Positions 32,055 through 40,986 of a stretch of 64,000 nt of DNA are shown here, one piece after another. How positions within the stretch are numbered: the first letter of the stretch is position 1; each line of letters starts with the position of its first letter. Origin of the DNA: Candidatus Zixiibacteriota bacterium (GTDB taxonomy: Bacteria > Zixibacteria > MSB-5A5 > JAABVY01); NCBI GenBank assembly GCA_011056555.1, contig DSEQ01000009.1:16281-80280 (forward strand), written 5' to 3'. The notes under the pieces were generated by a model, which saw only the letters and a list, made by a program, of their open reading frames with translations, was not told where the DNA came from and ran no database searches. The position numbers were made by a program, and so were the translations under genes.

Positions 32055-33362
32055 ATGAATAGACCTGAATCATATCATGCTAATACCGTATGGGTTTTTA
32101 TTCTGACGCTCGTCGTTTTTACGGTTGTTTCCGTTCCGGCATTCTGTTACGAGATCGACACAACAAGAGTCCGCGAGAAGCCCGAAGAGAATATAACATT
32201 CGGGGAGGCGGTGCTGGCTGCGCCGTCATTCATCCTGAATCTCCCCTTCTGGGTGCTGAAAAATGTGTCCGATTTCACGGTAAACGAAATCGTCTATTCC
32301 AAACCCATTCAGGCGCTTTTTGCTTTGAAACTCAGGCCAATTTGGGGATTCTACCCCACAGGGGGCTATAATTCCAACGCCGGCGTTAAAGCTGGAATTG
32401 TCTATAGAGTAAAAGATCTTCTCTCGGAGGAGGAGGATTTTAAGGTCAAAGCCTCCTACTCCACCCACGACTACCAGACCTACAGCCTGAGATACAAGAT
32501 CATGCCTCAGAATTCCATATTCAATGAAGTGCATTTCAATTTTAGTTATAGACAGAAGCCCCGCGAAAGCTTTTATGGCATCGGTAACAGGACCTCAGAT
32601 GACAATGAGGTTGCCTTTAACCTCGAAAACGGATTCATGGGCTTCGGCTGGAACCATGAGATTTCCAGTCAGTTCTCAACCGGAGTTGACTTCTCCTACC
32701 GGATACTGAATATCTATGACGGGCAGGACCCATCATTGACCGGCTCTCTCGATTCTATCCAAGCAAAATTCGATCTCAGCGAGGATGAGCTGGCGAATGC
32801 ACGTGTTCTGACTGTGGGCATGAACCTGAAATATGATTGGCGCGACCACCCCGGGCAGACCACATCTGGAGGATACCACGCCCTTGAGCTGTCCTACAAC
32901 AGGGGCAGAGGACAACTTCAAGACCTTGAATATTTCCTGGCTTCGGTTAGTCTATATCAATTCATTCACATTTACAGGCAAAGAGTGCTGGTTCTTAATT
33001 TCCGCACGGAGACCATTGGCAAAACCGATGGATCGCCGGATTTGCCATTTTATCTGAGACCAGCACTGGGTGGTGAAGAGAGTCTGCATGGATATAAGGA
33101 GCATCGCTTCATAGATAATACAACCATGCTGGCGGCGGTAGAATACCGCTTTCCCCTCTTGCAGGGTGTGGACGGCTTATTGTTTTTTGAAGAGGGTAGA
33201 GTTTTTGATGATTTTTCTAAGGATTTCGATCTGAAAAACTGGCATTATTCTACCGGCATCGGTATCAGGTTGTGGGATCAGGAAGGCCTGAGATTAAACG
33301 GCTATGCTGCTTTCAGCAAAGAGAGTCCGCAATTTTACGTGCATTTGTCCGAAACACTCTAA
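32055..33362 (+). CDS. Omp85-family outer-membrane beta-barrel (bacterial surface antigen D15-like, no POTRA domains evident)
   Basis: Signal peptide followed by an alternating amphipathic beta-strand pattern. A loop-6-like motif LGGEESLHGY is present (cf. VRGF/Y of Omp85 proteins). The C-terminal region is aromatic-rich. Confidence 0.55.
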   Translation: MNRPESYHANTVWVFILTLVVFTVVSVPAFCYEIDTTRVREKPEENITFGEAVLAAPSFILNLPFWVLKNVSDFTVNEIVYSKPIQALFALKLRPIWGFYPTGGYNSNAGVKAGIVYRVKDLLSEEEDFKVKASYSTHDYQTYSLRYKIMPQNSIFNEVHFNFSYRQKPRESFYGIGNRTSDDNEVAFNLENGFMGFGWNHEISSQFSTGVDFSYRILNIYDGQDPSLTGSLDSIQAKFDLSEDELANARVLTVGMNLKYDWRDHPGQTTSGGYHALELSYNRGRGQLQDLEYFLASVSLYQFIHIYRQRVLVLNFRTETIGKTDGSPDLPFYLRPALGGEESLHGYKEHRFIDNTTMLAAVEYRFPLLQGVDGLLFFEEGRVFDDFSKDFDLKNWHYSTGIGIRLWDQEGLRLNGYAAFSKESPQFYVHLSETL

Positions 33363-33373
33363 GGATGCACATT

Positions 33374-35086
33374 ATGAAAAATTATATGAAAATATCTTTA
33401 TTGCTGCTGTCACTGATGCTTATGCTGGGTTGCAGCGGCTACAAACCAGTCTTGCAACCGGAGGGTCCCTACTGGGTTGACGACGATAAACAGGATATCC
33501 CGGAACCATCATCCAAGGACCCAAACTTAGCCTGGATGTCCATCAAGCGTTCCAGCTTCGACCAGATTGAAGACGGCCTCGATCTGGAACGGAATTTCAG
33601 GATTCTATCCGATGAGCGTGAAGAAGCGGCCAATATCAACAGTTTCGACGAGGTTCCCAACTGCACCTGGTTCACCAACCGTCATGGTTTCGCACGCATG
33701 ACTCCGGACGAGATCGCCGAAGGAGTCGATCTCACGCCGGGACCGGACACAAGCGGACCATGGCTTGTATTTCGTCCTAAGGTGCAGGGTACCACTCCCG
33801 GTTTCTGGATCGAGGATTCACGGGGAGATCAATATGTCATCAAATTCGACCCGAAGGGGTATCCTGAGATGGCTACGGCGGCGGCCGCCATGGCTTCCCG
33901 ATATTTCCATGCTTGCGGTTATAATGTGCCCCAGGAAACAATTGTATATTATCGTCCCGAAATCCTTCAGGTCAAAGAAGGGGTGAAGTTTGAAGACAAA
34001 GCTGGTGTGAAACGTGAATTCACTCAGCAGGACTTAGAGGATATTCTTAAACGAGTACATCACGAGCCGGACGGGAGAATTCGGTCACTGGCCTCGCTTT
34101 CTCTGGGAATTCATGGTAAAATCAAGGGCCCTTTCAGCTATAGCGGAAGACGGAGCGATGATCCCAATGACTGGTTCGATCACCAGGACAGGCGGGAATT
34201 GCGCGGGCTGTATGTCATCGGATCGTTCATAAATCATTATGACCTGAAGGACCAGAATTCCCTCGATATCTATGTGGAGGAAAACGGAAATAAATTTCTA
34301 AAGCATTTCCTGATCGATTTCGGTTCCACCTTCGGCTCTGACGGCCAGGGGCCAAAGCCGCCTATTAAGGGCTATGCCAATATGATCGATCTTCGTGACG
34401 CCTTCGTATCCCTGATAACTGTCGGCCTCAAGACATGGGACTGGCGGGGAGGTGGCGAGGTAATCTACCCATCCATCGGCTATTTCGAAGCGGATATCTT
34501 TCAGCCCGATAAGTTCGATCCGATCTACCCCAATCCCGCTTTTGAGGACAAAACCGACCGCGACTGCTACTGGGGAGCCAAAATCGTTATGGCATTCCGC
34601 GACAGTGATTTACGCGCCCTGATCGAAACCGGGCAGTATTCCAATCCCCAAGCCGAGGAATATCTGTTCGAAACCCTGAAAAAGCGCCGCGACAAGATTG
34701 GACGATTCTGGTTTTCAAAGGTCAATCCCCTGGATTATTTTGAAACGGAATATGCTGGCAGTGATCTCAGAATCAGGTTCGATGACCTGGGAATCAAATA
34801 CGAGCTCTGGCCCCAAGATGCGGTCTATGACTATGAAATCAGATACGGCAAGGAACTTATCCGCAAGGATCGGGTTAAAACTGGCGAAATAATTCTGACA
34901 CAGGATGATTTAAATCGCATGACCTCGGCATTTAAAGCCACGGATAAAAAAGAGGATTATATTTACAGGATGGATATCAGAACCACCAGAGGGAATGGTG
35001 ATCCGAGCAAGCCAACCCGATTGCATTTCTGGTATCATCATGATGAAAATAAATTCTCATTGGTGGGAGTCGAACATCTGGATTGA
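33374..35086 (+). CDS. lipoprotein with a eukaryotic-like (Hanks-type) protein-kinase-fold core
   Basis: ATG at 33374 with an AAGGA SD. The signal peptide plus lipobox is MKNYMKISLLLLSLMLMLGC. Kinase motifs are YVIKF (Lys codon 33842-33844), HYDLKDQN (34235-34258) and DFG (34316-34324). The ORF-track start at 33272 overlaps the upstream gene and is rejected. Confidence 0.6.
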   Translation: MKNYMKISLLLLSLMLMLGCSGYKPVLQPEGPYWVDDDKQDIPEPSSKDPNLAWMSIKRSSFDQIEDGLDLERNFRILSDEREEAANINSFDEVPNCTWFTNRHGFARMTPDEIAEGVDLTPGPDTSGPWLVFRPKVQGTTPGFWIEDSRGDQYVIKFDPKGYPEMATAAAAMASRYFHACGYNVPQETIVYYRPEILQVKEGVKFEDKAGVKREFTQQDLEDILKRVHHEPDGRIRSLASLSLGIHGKIKGPFSYSGRRSDDPNDWFDHQDRRELRGLYVIGSFINHYDLKDQNSLDIYVEENGNKFLKHFLIDFGSTFGSDGQGPKPPIKGYANMIDLRDAFVSLITVGLKTWDWRGGGEVIYPSIGYFEADIFQPDKFDPIYPNPAFEDKTDRDCYWGAKIVMAFRDSDLRALIETGQYSNPQAEEYLFETLKKRRDKIGRFWFSKVNPLDYFETEYAGSDLRIRFDDLGIKYELWPQDAVYDYEIRYGKELIRKDRVKTGEIILTQDDLNRMTSAFKATDKKEDYIYRMDIRTTRGNGDPSKPTRLHFWYHHDENKFSLVGVEHLD

Positions 35087-35089
35087 TTT

Positions 35090-36319
35090 GTGATCATGAA
35101 GGTAAGTATTTTTATACCCATATCAATTTTATGCCTGTTTCAGGCATTCACATCTCTCCATGCAGAATCCAATGATCCACATGCAATCAGTGGAAGTGAT
35201 TTTGATCATTTAATGAATATCCAGAATGTTGAATTACAGAATAAACTCGAGAATATATTTCCCGAGAGTGAAGGTTATCTGGTAAGCGGACCTCTGTGCG
35301 ACGATACGTTCGAGGACTCTGCGTATTTTTATTGCGGTGCGGTCAGGGTTATTTGCCCAAACCTTAAACTATATAAGCAAGGTATAGACATAGCCGCCGG
35401 CATGGACAGTCTCACTGCAATTACAGATTATCCGGATCCAAGCGGATCATACTATGCCTTTGAAAAATATTATACTTATCATAATGGTAACCTGGTCGAT
35501 ACGTTCAAGTTTGAAACCGCAAATTCCGTTCGGTACGAGCTTGCCTTAAATAAGGAGCTGATATTCAGCCCGCTTCGAAGTGATGTCATCCGCATGCCCG
35601 ATTCAGAACGTAAGGAAATGCATGATTATTTCCTTCAATATGACTCCGGGAATATTCCGGCAGAGCAGCTTTACATACATTACGTACCCTATATCATCGA
35701 GGGCTATCAGAATTACAAAGAGTTCCTTTTAAGTCATGCCGAGATCGATCTCGATTTCATAAGCGGCGTGACCGCCTTTGTACCCACTGAAGAAACTCTG
35801 CAATGGTTCAGGGAGAATGCTCCGCAGGAGGCATATCCCAATAAGGAAGCGTCCAAATTTGAGGAGGAAATTCATGAATTCTTCGAGCGCGGCGGTGATT
35901 TGCGCGTCATCCAGACTTTAACGAAAGAAGGCTTCGACACACTTCAAAGCGGGGAATATTTCTATGCTGTCAGCCCTGCATACAAAATTCGTTTTGGACG
36001 GGAGCTTTTGCGCGAGGAGGTCAAACGTATCGAAGAGGAAACGGGCAAGAAGGTCCCGCGCGCCAATCATGCCTTTTTATTCCCGGGCGAAGCGGTACTG
36101 ACCGCCGGGGCTTTCTGGATAGATACAGACAAGGAAAACAAGCTGGTCAAGGTCAATGCCCAGTCCGGCCATTATTTCTACAGCAATGTTTCCCCGACTA
36201 TCCGCGAGGATATCTCCGAACGTTCCGACCATTACCTGACCACGCTGGGTCATTTTTTCAAGGCCCTTGACAGCCTGCAAATTCCCTGCGATAAGATTCT
36301 CATAAGTAAACTCCAATGA
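35090..36319 (+). CDS. secreted hypothetical protein
   Basis: 409 aa with signal peptide MIMKVSIFIPISILCLFQAFTSLHAE and no recognised domain. The start is 4 nt after the upstream stop. Confidence 0.55.
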   Translation: MIMKVSIFIPISILCLFQAFTSLHAESNDPHAISGSDFDHLMNIQNVELQNKLENIFPESEGYLVSGPLCDDTFEDSAYFYCGAVRVICPNLKLYKQGIDIAAGMDSLTAITDYPDPSGSYYAFEKYYTYHNGNLVDTFKFETANSVRYELALNKELIFSPLRSDVIRMPDSERKEMHDYFLQYDSGNIPAEQLYIHYVPYIIEGYQNYKEFLLSHAEIDLDFISGVTAFVPTEETLQWFRENAPQEAYPNKEASKFEEEIHEFFERGGDLRVIQTLTKEGFDTLQSGEYFYAVSPAYKIRFGRELLREEVKRIEEETGKKVPRANHAFLFPGEAVLTAGAFWIDTDKENKLVKVNAQSGHYFYSNVSPTIREDISERSDHYLTTLGHFFKALDSLQIPCDKILISKLQ

Positions 36320-36340
36320 TGGCTTGAGCGGTAAGCGGAT

Positions 36341-37192
36341 ATGAAAAAAGTCGGCAGTTACAAGATATTATTGATTCTATCCATACTCTTTTTCTCCTTC
36401 CGGCCTTTACCGGCAGACGACCGTGAATATCTCTCCAGCACAGAGATCACTGGCATATCGGCCGGCTCGATTGCGCTGGGAGCCGCGGGGCTGTGGGCAC
36501 TCGATTTCGATAGCACCCGTCGTCCGGTAATTTCAGGCCCGGCGCCATGGGAAGAGTCGATTCAGCGTTTTCTGGGCGGGAGATACTATCCGGGCAAAAC
36601 CAACTGGCTGGACCACAGCTTCGGCTCTTCCATAACTCCCATTTTGATGGGCGGTTTGCTTCTGGGCGCCGATATCAGCTGGCCCCGGTATGATCGCGCC
36701 AAAGATGTCTGGCAGGATATGTTTTTGTACGGCGCGGGCCTTCTTGCAACCAAAGGCGTTACCGGGATCACCAAGGGTTTCTTCGCACGTCCGCGTCCCA
36801 TGGTCGCGCTTGAGCCTGAGCTTTACAACCGGAATAAAAATAATGATTACGCCCAGGATCGGGCTTCATTCTTCTCGGGTCATACCTCCAGCGCCTTTTT
36901 CTCCACCGCTTTTCTGAATATGCGCATCCGCCAGATCATGCGCCAGGAGATGACCTATAATGACTACAAGGACTGGCGCTGGCTGCCGCCGACAATCCTG
37001 TTCGGCTGGGCCTCCTACGTGGGCTACACCCGTATCGATGCTTATAAACACTATATAACCGATGTTGTTTTTGGAGCTCTGGCAGGATGGGTGATGGCGG
37101 AGCTGTTTTATCATTTCGGCGACAATATAGAAAAGCCCCGGGACTCATCATCAAGGGGCAAGGTTCTATTCAAAATAGGATTCAGCTTTTAG
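36341..37192 (+). CDS. PAP2-superfamily membrane phosphatase/phosphotransferase
   Basis: PAP2 motifs KGFFARPRP (KxxxxxxRP), SGHTS (PSGH) and YTRIDAYKHYITD (SRxxxxxHxxxD-like), with multiple TM helices. Confidence 0.8.
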   Translation: MKKVGSYKILLILSILFFSFRPLPADDREYLSSTEITGISAGSIALGAAGLWALDFDSTRRPVISGPAPWEESIQRFLGGRYYPGKTNWLDHSFGSSITPILMGGLLLGADISWPRYDRAKDVWQDMFLYGAGLLATKGVTGITKGFFARPRPMVALEPELYNRNKNNDYAQDRASFFSGHTSSAFFSTAFLNMRIRQIMRQEMTYNDYKDWRWLPPTILFGWASYVGYTRIDAYKHYITDVVFGALAGWVMAELFYHFGDNIEKPRDSSSRGKVLFKIGFSF

Positions 37193-37671
37193 ATAAATGT
37201 CTTCACGATCTCGGTCTGCAAACCCTGAAGCTCACCATAGGCCTTATTGATTTCCGCTATCTTCTCCTCCAGCTTTTTCATGAGCTTTTGTCTTTCGATG
37301 CCATTCCGAAGAACGATCAGGAGATCATCATTATCCCACGGTTTCTCAATATACTGGAACAGTCCGACGTCATTTATAGCCTTGATTGCATTTTCCTTGT
37401 CGGCATAACCGGTCAGAATAATACGAGGCACCTGGGGCCGCATCTCCTTGACCTTTGCCAGAAAGGATATCCCATCCATCTCCGGCATCAGATAATCGGA
37501 AATCACCACATCAATCTCATTCTTCTTGATATATTCCAGCGCGTCTTTCGCTGAGGTGAAGGTCTCGACAGTGTATTCCGTCTCGAGGCTCAAGAATGAA
37601 TTGAGGCTCGTCAGGACCATCTCTTCATCATCAACGATTACGACCGTGCTTTTCTCCTTATCATCAACCAT
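37189..37671 (-). CDS. standalone response-regulator receiver (REC) domain protein
   Basis: 160 aa with the phospho-acceptor region DVVISDYLMPEMDG. It is a close paralog of the REC domain in the upstream gene. Confidence 0.85.
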   Translation of the reverse strand: MVDDKEKSTVVIVDDEEMVLTSLNSFLSLETEYTVETFTSAKDALEYIKKNEIDVVISDYLMPEMDGISFLAKVKEMRPQVPRIILTGYADKENAIKAINDVGLFQYIEKPWDNDDLLIVLRNGIERQKLMKKLEEKIAEINKAYGELQGLQTEIVKTFI

Positions 37672-37673
37672 CT

Positions 37674-38900
37674 CTATCTCCTGTCTGTGTTAATTTCGAT
37701 TCCGAACAGTGTAACATCATCACTATACACCCCGCCATTAAAATCACCCAGGGACTCCGCCAGGCCATTAATTATTTCCCCGCAGGCGGAGCTGCCTAAT
37801 TTCTTCAAGACTTCGGGCAGATTTTTGCTTTCAAAAAAGTCTCCATCCTTGTTGACCGCCTCGGTCAGTCCGTCAGTATATAATATCAAACTGTTGCCCG
37901 GGTCAAGCATTACTGCTTTATCCGGCCCCGGCTTATACATTTCCGGTCTTATAAAGCCCAGCATCATACCGTTAGACGCAACCAGTTCCGATTTGTTTTC
38001 CTGCTTGCGAATAAGATACGGATAAGTCAAGCCGCCGTTAGATATGGTGATCTCCCTTTTGCCCGGATCGATCCTGGCAACCAGTGCCGCCACATAGAGT
38101 TCCTCCGGGAGGCCCTTCTCCAGGATTTCGTTCATGCCGCTCAGGATTTGCGAGGGTTGATGGTTTCCTCCGGCAAATGATACGAAGGCGAATTTCAGAA
38201 GCGCGGTGCTCAGAGCCGCCTGTATGCCATGCCCGGTGGCATCCGCCACCAATACCGACCAGCAGCCGTCCTGCATCGGTATGATATCATAAAAATCACC
38301 GCCAATCTCTATCGCCGGCTTATAGTAAGTTTCAAATTTCACGCCGTCAATTTGGGGAAGTTTACGCGGCAGCAATGCCTGCTGGAGCTTGCGGGCAAGC
38401 TTCAGCTCACGTGCAATCATATTGTTGTGTTCAAAGAGCTCATCACGATGTCTCAGGACTTCATCCAGCTCCTTGATCTTCATGTGCAGATGCTCTCTCA
38501 GGCTCTTGGATTCAATAGCATTTTTGAGAACCAGCTTAAGCTGTTCATTGTCCCATGGTTTTTCCAGGTACTGGAACAGGCTTACCTCGTTGATGGCCTT
38601 GATGGCATTTTCCTTGTCGGCATAACCGGTAAGAAGAATCCGGGGCAGGTCGGGATACATTTCCCGCACTGCACTCAAAAACTGCAGACCGTTCATATCC
38701 GGCATCAGGAAATCGGATATAACCACATCCACCGGCTTCTGCTTCAGCCGCTCCAGAGCCTCATGCGGTGACTGGTAGCCGATCACATTGTATTCGGTCT
38801 CCAGTTCCAGAAAAGATCCCAGGCTCTGCACCACAATCTCATCGTCATCGACCAGCATTATGGTTTTTGACGATCTCTCATCCATATTACTATCGCTCAT
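37674..38900 (-). CDS. response regulator with C-terminal PP2C/SpoIIE-type serine phosphatase domain (RsbU/RssB-like)
   Basis: N-terminal REC (DVVISDFLMPDMNG) plus a C-terminal PP2C region (GGDFYDIIP ... VADATGHG ... LYTDGLTEA). Confidence 0.85.
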   Translation of the reverse strand: MSDSNMDERSSKTIMLVDDDEIVVQSLGSFLELETEYNVIGYQSPHEALERLKQKPVDVVISDFLMPDMNGLQFLSAVREMYPDLPRILLTGYADKENAIKAINEVSLFQYLEKPWDNEQLKLVLKNAIESKSLREHLHMKIKELDEVLRHRDELFEHNNMIARELKLARKLQQALLPRKLPQIDGVKFETYYKPAIEIGGDFYDIIPMQDGCWSVLVADATGHGIQAALSTALLKFAFVSFAGGNHQPSQILSGMNEILEKGLPEELYVAALVARIDPGKREITISNGGLTYPYLIRKQENKSELVASNGMMLGFIRPEMYKPGPDKAVMLDPGNSLILYTDGLTEAVNKDGDFFESKNLPEVLKKLGSSACGEIINGLAESLGDFNGGVYSDDVTLFGIEINTDRR

Positions 38901-40480
38901 CGTCCTCGAATTGGAATTATGATTCTGAAGGTTGTACCCTGATTCACTCTGGATTCGACCTCGATTCGGCCCTTATGGTCCTCAGTTATCTGGTGAACGA
39001 TCGAAAGCCCCAGGCCGGTTCCGACCCCGGCGCCTTTGGTTGTATATCCCGGATCAAATACCCGTTCCAGTTTATCCTCGGGAATTCCGCGGCCGGTATC
39101 GGAAAATTCAATAACAGCATCGCCGCCCTGGCGGCGTGTTCTGATAATAATCTTACCTTTATCCTCGATAGCCTGGCTGGCATTGACCAGTATATTCATA
39201 AAGACCTGGTTAAGCTGGTTGGGATAGCAGCTTATCTTCGGCAAATCCCCATAATCCTTTTCAACTTCCACCCGATCCTTGAGCTGGTGATGCACCAGTG
39301 TCAACGTATTTTCTATGCCGTCATGGATATTTACAGTATCCATTTCCGCCTGGTCGAGGCGGGCGAATTTGCGCAGGCTGCTGACAATATTGATTATTCG
39401 GGAAGAGGCTGTTTTATTGATCCGGGTGAGATCTTCCATATTTTCCAACAGCTTACCGAGCTGCTTGCTTTCACGAAATTCGGTCGGCGCAGCAGAATCG
39501 GAGACCATGGCCTTCAGCTTCTCGATAGAGCGGATGAAAAGATCGTTGTTGCTGTTGAGTGCTCCCAATGGCGTATTGATTTCGTGGGCTACGCCCGCCA
39601 CCAGATTACCGAGGGCAGCCATTTTTTCCGCCTGCACCAGCTGCGTCTGTTTCTGTCGCAGCTCCCTTGTCCGTTCCTCCACCTTCTGCTCGAGCTCCTC
39701 GTTAGCTTTTTTCAGCTCCTGCTCAAGCCGGTATCGGGTCGTAACGTCCTGCACAATATTCAGTTCGCGCCAGTTATGTTTAATATCCCGAAAATAGCCG
39801 GTGGTGAACTGGTAAACTCTGTTGTTGGGAAATATCCTCTCCTCCACATAGACGCCGTCCTCGCTCAGGATCTGCTCGCTTTCCACCCGCTGATCGTCAA
39901 TAGACTGCTCCCAACCGCATGGGCAGCCCTCATCCCGGGCCCGGTCAAAAATCTCTTTCAGCTTTTTATTCTCAAATTCAACTTTCGGTTCGCCATTTAT
40001 ATTCTTACGTACCCCCAGACCGACCGGCATTAGATCAAGAATATATTCATAATATTCGCGCAGGCGTCTATTCTCCCTCTGCAAAAGAACGCGACTTGTT
40101 ATGTCACGGCAAATACGCTGAATGATCTTCTTGTCCCCGTAATTTATGACTCCTGCGGAAATTTCTATATCCAGGAGGGTCTTATCTTTTCGCAGAAAAT
40201 GCAGTTCGCCGGTATAGCCCTTACCGCTTTCCACCACCTGGTTAAAAAGCCGCCTGGATTCCTCCCACTCAGATTCGGGATGGAGTTCCCAGACTTTCTT
40301 ACCCACTAACTCGTCAACGCTGAAGCCGGTCAGCTTCTCGGCCCTGAGATTCGCCTCCAGTATGGTGCCGTCAGCCGGTTCGATCGAAAAGATGGCGTCG
40401 CTGGCCATCTCGATCATCTTGCGGTATTTCTCTTCCGACTCCCGCAGGCTTTTTAAATCGGAGTTATCTGCCTTAACCAT
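38897..40480 (-). CDS. cytoplasmic PAS-domain sensor histidine kinase
   Basis: No TM segments. PAS-like N-terminal regions, an H-box VAGVAHEINTPL and HATPase_c G-boxes (DTGRGI and GTGLGLSIV). Confidence 0.85.
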   Translation of the reverse strand: MVKADNSDLKSLRESEEKYRKMIEMASDAIFSIEPADGTILEANLRAEKLTGFSVDELVGKKVWELHPESEWEESRRLFNQVVESGKGYTGELHFLRKDKTLLDIEISAGVINYGDKKIIQRICRDITSRVLLQRENRRLREYYEYILDLMPVGLGVRKNINGEPKVEFENKKLKEIFDRARDEGCPCGWEQSIDDQRVESEQILSEDGVYVEERIFPNNRVYQFTTGYFRDIKHNWRELNIVQDVTTRYRLEQELKKANEELEQKVEERTRELRQKQTQLVQAEKMAALGNLVAGVAHEINTPLGALNSNNDLFIRSIEKLKAMVSDSAAPTEFRESKQLGKLLENMEDLTRINKTASSRIINIVSSLRKFARLDQAEMDTVNIHDGIENTLTLVHHQLKDRVEVEKDYGDLPKISCYPNQLNQVFMNILVNASQAIEDKGKIIIRTRRQGGDAVIEFSDTGRGIPEDKLERVFDPGYTTKGAGVGTGLGLSIVHQITEDHKGRIEVESRVNQGTTFRIIIPIRGR

Positions 40481-40508
40481 ATTTTCATATCCGGTCCCGG
40501 CGCCGATG

Positions 40509-40937
40509 TCAGGCTACTCGTTCGACCAAATTCCTGAGCCTCTTTACCACAGTCTTGATTACGCCCTGCGCAATCTGCACATGGTCGGCCAGCAGATCGA
40601 TGAAATCCTCGCGGTCGACACGAAGCAGACGGCAGTCTGCGGCCGCGGTTGCGGTTACCACTCTCGGCTCCTCATCAAAAAGAGCCCAGGTACCAAAGGC
40701 ATCGTCTTTTTCTGCAGTGGAAATTTCCTGGTCGCCTCTGTGCAGCTTCACCTTGCCCTCCAGCACAAGGTAGAGCGCATCCGAGGGATCATGTTCCTTG
40801 TAGATCACGTCCCCCTTGATATATTCCACTTCCTCTGCTATCGAGGCCAGAGAGGCCAGCTGCTCGGTGGGCACTTCCGAGAAAACATCGATATTCTGCA
40901 AAAGAATTACTTTTTCAACAATAGAAAGCATACTCAA
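40509..40937 (-). CDS. standalone cyclic-nucleotide-binding (CAP effector) domain protein
   Basis: 142 aa with ..GDVIYKEHDPSDALYLVLEGKVKL ... FGTWALFDEEPRVVTATAAADCRLL.. and no DNA-binding domain. Confidence 0.75.
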   Translation of the reverse strand: MSMLSIVEKVILLQNIDVFSEVPTEQLASLASIAEEVEYIKGDVIYKEHDPSDALYLVLEGKVKLHRGDQEISTAEKDDAFGTWALFDEEPRVVTATAAADCRLLRVDREDFIDLLADHVQIAQGVIKTVVKRLRNLVERVA

Positions 40938-40986
40938 TACTCTTTATTTAAACAACGTCATTTCCACATCAAAGTTCTTACAGGCA

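Noticed and set aside
33272-33373. ORF-track start at 33272 for the kinase-like lipoprotein
   Set aside because: That start overlaps the 3' end of the Omp85-like gene. The ATG at 33374 has an AAGGA SD and begins a canonical lipoprotein signal peptide.
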